DNA of 64,000 nt from Bacteroidota bacterium (lineage in GTDB: Bacteria; Bacteroidota; Ignavibacteria; UBA10030; UBA8401), in assembly GCA_049578505.1 (NCBI GenBank), contig JBAUMC010000039.1, positions 29,498 through 93,497 of the forward strand, in the 5' to 3' direction. This document shows positions 61,170 through 64,000 of this stretch, piece after piece; within the stretch, counting starts at the first letter, position 1, and every line of letters begins with the position of its first letter. Made by a program: the position numbers and the translations under genes. A model generated the notes under the pieces. It saw nothing but the letters and a program-made list of their open reading frames with translations, did not search any database and was not told the origin of the DNA.

Positions 61170-62354
61170 TTGAGTGCGCCCGGCAAAATCGTTTTCATCG
61201 TTCTCGACAGTATCGGCATCGGTGAAGCGCCTGATGCCGCAGCCTATGGAGATTCAGGCTCGAATACGCTTGGCAATACGGCGAAAGCTGTGGGCGGGTT
61301 ATCCCTTCCCAATTTACAGAAGCTAGGGTTGGGGAACATCGGACCGATTGAGGGCGTCTCACCAGCGGTAAAACCCGAAGGGTGTTTTGGCAAAATGGAG
61401 GAAGTTTCTCGCGGGAAGGACAGCACAACCGGGCACTGGGAAATCGCCGGGATTATTACGAAGGAAGATTCTCCATACTATCCGAAGGGATTTCCCCGAG
61501 ATGTGATCGAGAAATTCATCTCTGCGACCAAAATGCAGGGCGTTCTGGGAAACAGACCTGCCTCCGGAACGCAAATCATAGAAGAACTTGGCGATGAACA
61601 CGTGCGCACCGGTTTCCCGATTGTATACACTTCGGGGGATTCTGTTTTTCAAATCGCGGCGCACGAAGAGGTCATTCCGTTAAGGGAATTGTACAGAATC
61701 TGTCGGGTTACCCGGGACGAAGTGATGGTGGGGAAGCATGCCGTAGGCCGGGTAATTGCACGACCCTTTATCGGACAGAGTGGCAAGTACACTCGGACCG
61801 CGAACCGAAGAGATTTTTCGCTGCAGGCTCCCGGTACGACTGTCCTCGACCTCTTATTCAGGATAAATATCCCGACTGTTTCGATCGGAAAAATCGACGA
61901 TTTGTTTTCCGGAAGAGGATTGAAAGACAAGATCCACACGCGATCGAATTCGGAAGGAATCGAAGAGATTATCAGGCAATCAACCGCAATGAAGCAAGGC
62001 TTCATCATGACGAACCTCGTCGATTTCGATATGCTCTACGGTCACCGGCAGGATGCGAAGGGAATGGCAGCAGCCATTGAATATTTCGACAAACAACTTC
62101 CAAGGATTGTTGAAACGATCCATGGGGATAATATTCTCATGATTACCGCTGACCACGGCAACGATCCGACCGACAAAAGTACTGACCACTCGCGAGAATA
62201 TGTTCCGGTTCTCACCTACTCAGAGATCGGACATAGGGGGGTGGACCTCGGTGTCCGGAAGACGTTTGCCGATGCGGGAAAAACCGTTGCGGAGTATTTC
62301 GGCGTCGACGATCCAGTGCTGGCTGGAACAAGTTTTCTCAACTTAATCCGTTGA
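61170..62354 (+). CDS. deoB: Phosphopentomutase
   Basis: Metalloenzyme-superfamily motifs (IVLDSIGIGE, TADHGNDPT) are present. The apparent TTG start falls immediately after the upstream stop. Confidence 0.9.
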   Translation: MSAPGKIVFIVLDSIGIGEAPDAAAYGDSGSNTLGNTAKAVGGLSLPNLQKLGLGNIGPIEGVSPAVKPEGCFGKMEEVSRGKDSTTGHWEIAGIITKEDSPYYPKGFPRDVIEKFISATKMQGVLGNRPASGTQIIEELGDEHVRTGFPIVYTSGDSVFQIAAHEEVIPLRELYRICRVTRDEVMVGKHAVGRVIARPFIGQSGKYTRTANRRDFSLQAPGTTVLDLLFRINIPTVSIGKIDDLFSGRGLKDKIHTRSNSEGIEEIIRQSTAMKQGFIMTNLVDFDMLYGHRQDAKGMAAAIEYFDKQLPRIVETIHGDNILMITADHGNDPTDKSTDHSREYVPVLTYSEIGHRGVDLGVRKTFADAGKTVAEYFGVDDPVLAGTSFLNLIR

Positions 62355-62361
62355 AGGTGAA

Positions 62362-62664
62362 ATGGAAAAAGCGAAACACAGCGTCGAGTTCGAATCAGAG
62401 GTTGACAAGGATGGAAAAGTTCAGTTTTCTCGTGCTGTCGGCGGTGAACTCTCTCTCCCGCGCGGGTCAAAGGTCACGGTTCGGATCGTCGGGGGCGTGC
62501 TTTCAAAAGGCTTGACGGCGCGCAATGTCTCGGATGAAGAGATCGAACGAATCGGCAGGATTCAGTTTGAAGACCGTGAACATGTCGTGAGGTTCTTATT
62601 GACCGAGGGGAAACTCTCGAACAACCGCTCCATGAGAAAACGTCTCAAAGGCCTTACAGCGTGA
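62362..62664 (+). CDS. Putative antitoxin (AbrB/MazE-like swapped-hairpin N-terminus), partner of the downstream PIN protein
   Basis: A 100 aa ORF. The N-terminal DKDGKVQFSRAVGGELSLPRGSKVTVRIV resembles SpoVT/AbrB. A 4-nt overlap with the PIN gene is typical of TA pairs. Confidence 0.55.
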   Translation: MEKAKHSVEFESEVDKDGKVQFSRAVGGELSLPRGSKVTVRIVGGVLSKGLTARNVSDEEIERIGRIQFEDREHVVRFLLTEGKLSNNRSMRKRLKGLTA

Positions 62665-63092
62665 ATGATCAAAAAATTGTTATCGACACCGACGTGCTTC
62701 TTGACCACCTCGTCCATCGCGACGGTCCTTCTTTTTTACGGAGAGCGATGAACGTCTTCTTTTGCTACACGACCGCATTTAACGCAATCGAGGCATTTTC
62801 CTTTGCCCGGTCTGACGAGGAAATTCAAGCCGTCGACGACGCAATGAGCGCAATGAAAGTTCTCGGTCTCAACGCAAAGAGTGCAAAAGTTGTCGGAAGC
62901 ATTTTTTCGAAAATCGATTCAACCAAGAAAAGAGATTTGGCAGTCTTGATCGCTGGTGTCTGCCGAGAAAGCAAACTGCCGATCGTAACGATGAATCCTC
63001 AACGATTTTCCGGCATCAAGCAATTGCGGGTCATCACGGCAGTAAAGTTAGCTCGGTACTTGTCACCGACGGAAATCATTGCCATCAAATAA
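62661..63092 (+). CDS. PIN-domain (VapC-like) ribonuclease toxin (GTG start)
   Basis: N-terminal IVIDTDVLLDHL and further acidic residues with PIN spacing are present. Confidence 0.75.
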   Translation: MNDQKIVIDTDVLLDHLVHRDGPSFLRRAMNVFFCYTTAFNAIEAFSFARSDEEIQAVDDAMSAMKVLGLNAKSAKVVGSIFSKIDSTKKRDLAVLIAGVCRESKLPIVTMNPQRFSGIKQLRVITAVKLARYLSPTEIIAIK

Positions 63093-63110
63093 TTCTCAGG
63101 ACAGTTCGTC

Positions 63111-63383
63111 ATGATACTTGGAAAAGTTATCGGCACGGTTTGGGCAACCCGGAAAGATGAAGCCCTGGTGGGAGCCTCGCTTCAGATTGTTCGCCACATC
63201 GACCTCGACTATAAACTGAAGGAGGCGTTTGTTGTGGCTGTTGATACCGTGCAGGCGGGGGTGGGGGATATCGTTCTGGTTGCCACCGGTAGCTCGGCGC
63301 GGCAAACGAGTGTGACCAAGAATAAGCCGGTGGATGCCGTTATTATGGCGGTTGTTGACAAACTCGATGTGACGGAAAAGTAG
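63111..63383 (+). CDS. EutN/CcmL/PduN-family bacterial microcompartment vertex (BMC-P) protein
   Basis: A 90 aa ORF. MILGKVIGTVWATRKDEAL...AVDTVQAGVGDIVLVATGSSARQ...KPVDAVIMAVVDKL aligns closely with E. coli EutN (AIDNIGAGTGEWVLLVSGSSARQ...SPVDLCVIGIVDEV). Confidence 0.85.
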   Translation: MILGKVIGTVWATRKDEALVGASLQIVRHIDLDYKLKEAFVVAVDTVQAGVGDIVLVATGSSARQTSVTKNKPVDAVIMAVVDKLDVTEK

Positions 63384-63550
63384 AAATTTGGACAATTACT
63401 CTGTGGAACTCCGTGAAACTAAGTGGTTCTTTGTGTAACAAAGCACTATTCCACAGAGAAACACGGGGAGGCACAGAGGTTCACAAAGGCAGATCGGCGA
63501 TAACCATTTCGGCCGCGCTTCAGAAGAACTTTTTATCAGGATAACTCGTA

Positions 63551-63820
63551 ATGTTCTTAGGGAAGGTCATTGGGACAATCTGGGCAACACGGAAGGATGA
63601 ACATCTGAAGAGCTTTAAACTTCAGTGTATTCAACCCATCTCAGCGAAACGGGAGGATTTCGGCCCTCCGATCGTTGCCGTCGATACGGTGGGAGCGGGG
63701 GCGGGGGAAACGGTGTTCTATATTACGGCGGCCGAAGCGGTGATTCCTCTTCCGGTTGATATGGCTCCTGTCGATGCCAGCATTGTGGGTATCGTCGACA
63801 GGATTGACCTTCAGAAATAG
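63551..63820 (+). CDS. Divergent EutN/CcmL-family BMC-P paralog
   Basis: The N-terminus MFLGKVIGTIWATRKDEHL and the VAVDTVGAGAGE and PVDASIVGIVDRI blocks are retained. The GSSAR loop is replaced by ITAAEAVIP. It also shows nucleotide-level similarity to the upstream paralog. Confidence 0.7.
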   Translation: MFLGKVIGTIWATRKDEHLKSFKLQCIQPISAKREDFGPPIVAVDTVGAGAGETVFYITAAEAVIPLPVDMAPVDASIVGIVDRIDLQK

Positions 63821-63846
63821 TTATTGAAAAATGAGGTGAAGTAAGA

Positions 63847-64000
63847 ATGGTTAAGATTACAAAACAGTATACAAATCGCGAAAGTCAATCGCTCGACAAG
63901 TACCTTCAGGAGATCGGCAAGGTCGATTTGCTCACTCCCGAACAGGAGATCGACCTCGCGCAGCGCATCAAGAAAGGCGACCAGAAATCCCTTGAAAAAC
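63847..64000 (+). CDS. rpoD: RNA polymerase primary sigma factor, N-terminal 51 aa (3' end lies outside the window)
   Basis: The translation [51 protein letters not shown] matches sigma-70 regions 1.2-2.1. The RBS is GAGGTGA. Confidence 0.8.
   Translation, partial: MVKITKQYTNRESQSLDKYLQEIGKVDLLTPEQEIDLAQRIKKGDQKSLEK

Overview
This is a 64 kb chromosomal segment, about 50% GC, from a Gram-negative bacterium. Gene content suggests the FCB group (Chlorobi, Ignavibacteria or Bacteroidota-like), but strong Shine-Dalgarno sites and sigma70-like promoters make the phylum call tentative. The gene content is: TonB-dependent receptors (one with a CarboxypepD_reg domain and a DUF4249 lipoprotein), a sigma-54 (NtrC-family) response regulator, pyruvate:ferredoxin oxidoreductase, and ECF sigma factors. 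Most of the window is tightly packed housekeeping genes. On the + strand: ald plus a CoA-transferase, nifJ/PFOR with a DHOD-like protein, gap, pgk, a rhomboid protease, ispG, folD, guaB, purD, deoB and the 5' end of rpoD. On the - strand: ispE, fadD, rlmB, lgt, hisS and ptsN. There is also a leucine/acyl-CoA catabolic block (glutaryl-CoA dehydrogenase-like and isovaleryl-CoA dehydrogenase-like ACADs, MeaB, an MCC-beta-like carboxyltransferase). Several things do not fit the ordinary pattern. (1) A conserved 75-130 bp intergenic element with partially palindromic ends occurs three times. (2) Two tandem EutN/CcmL-family microcompartment vertex genes lie immediately after a VapB/VapC-like pair and just upstream of rpoD, with no shell or cargo genes in this window. 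(3) Two DHp (HisKA)-only proteins that lack an ATPase domain are each paired with single-domain receivers; one locus also has a sigma-54 activator. (4) A block of small uncharacterised genes upstream of PFOR includes an 8-Cys protein. (5) A multi-GAF membrane protein carries a degenerate GGDEF. (6) Two ECF sigma loci share an upstream motif. I saw no rRNA, tRNA, CRISPR array, transposase or integrase.
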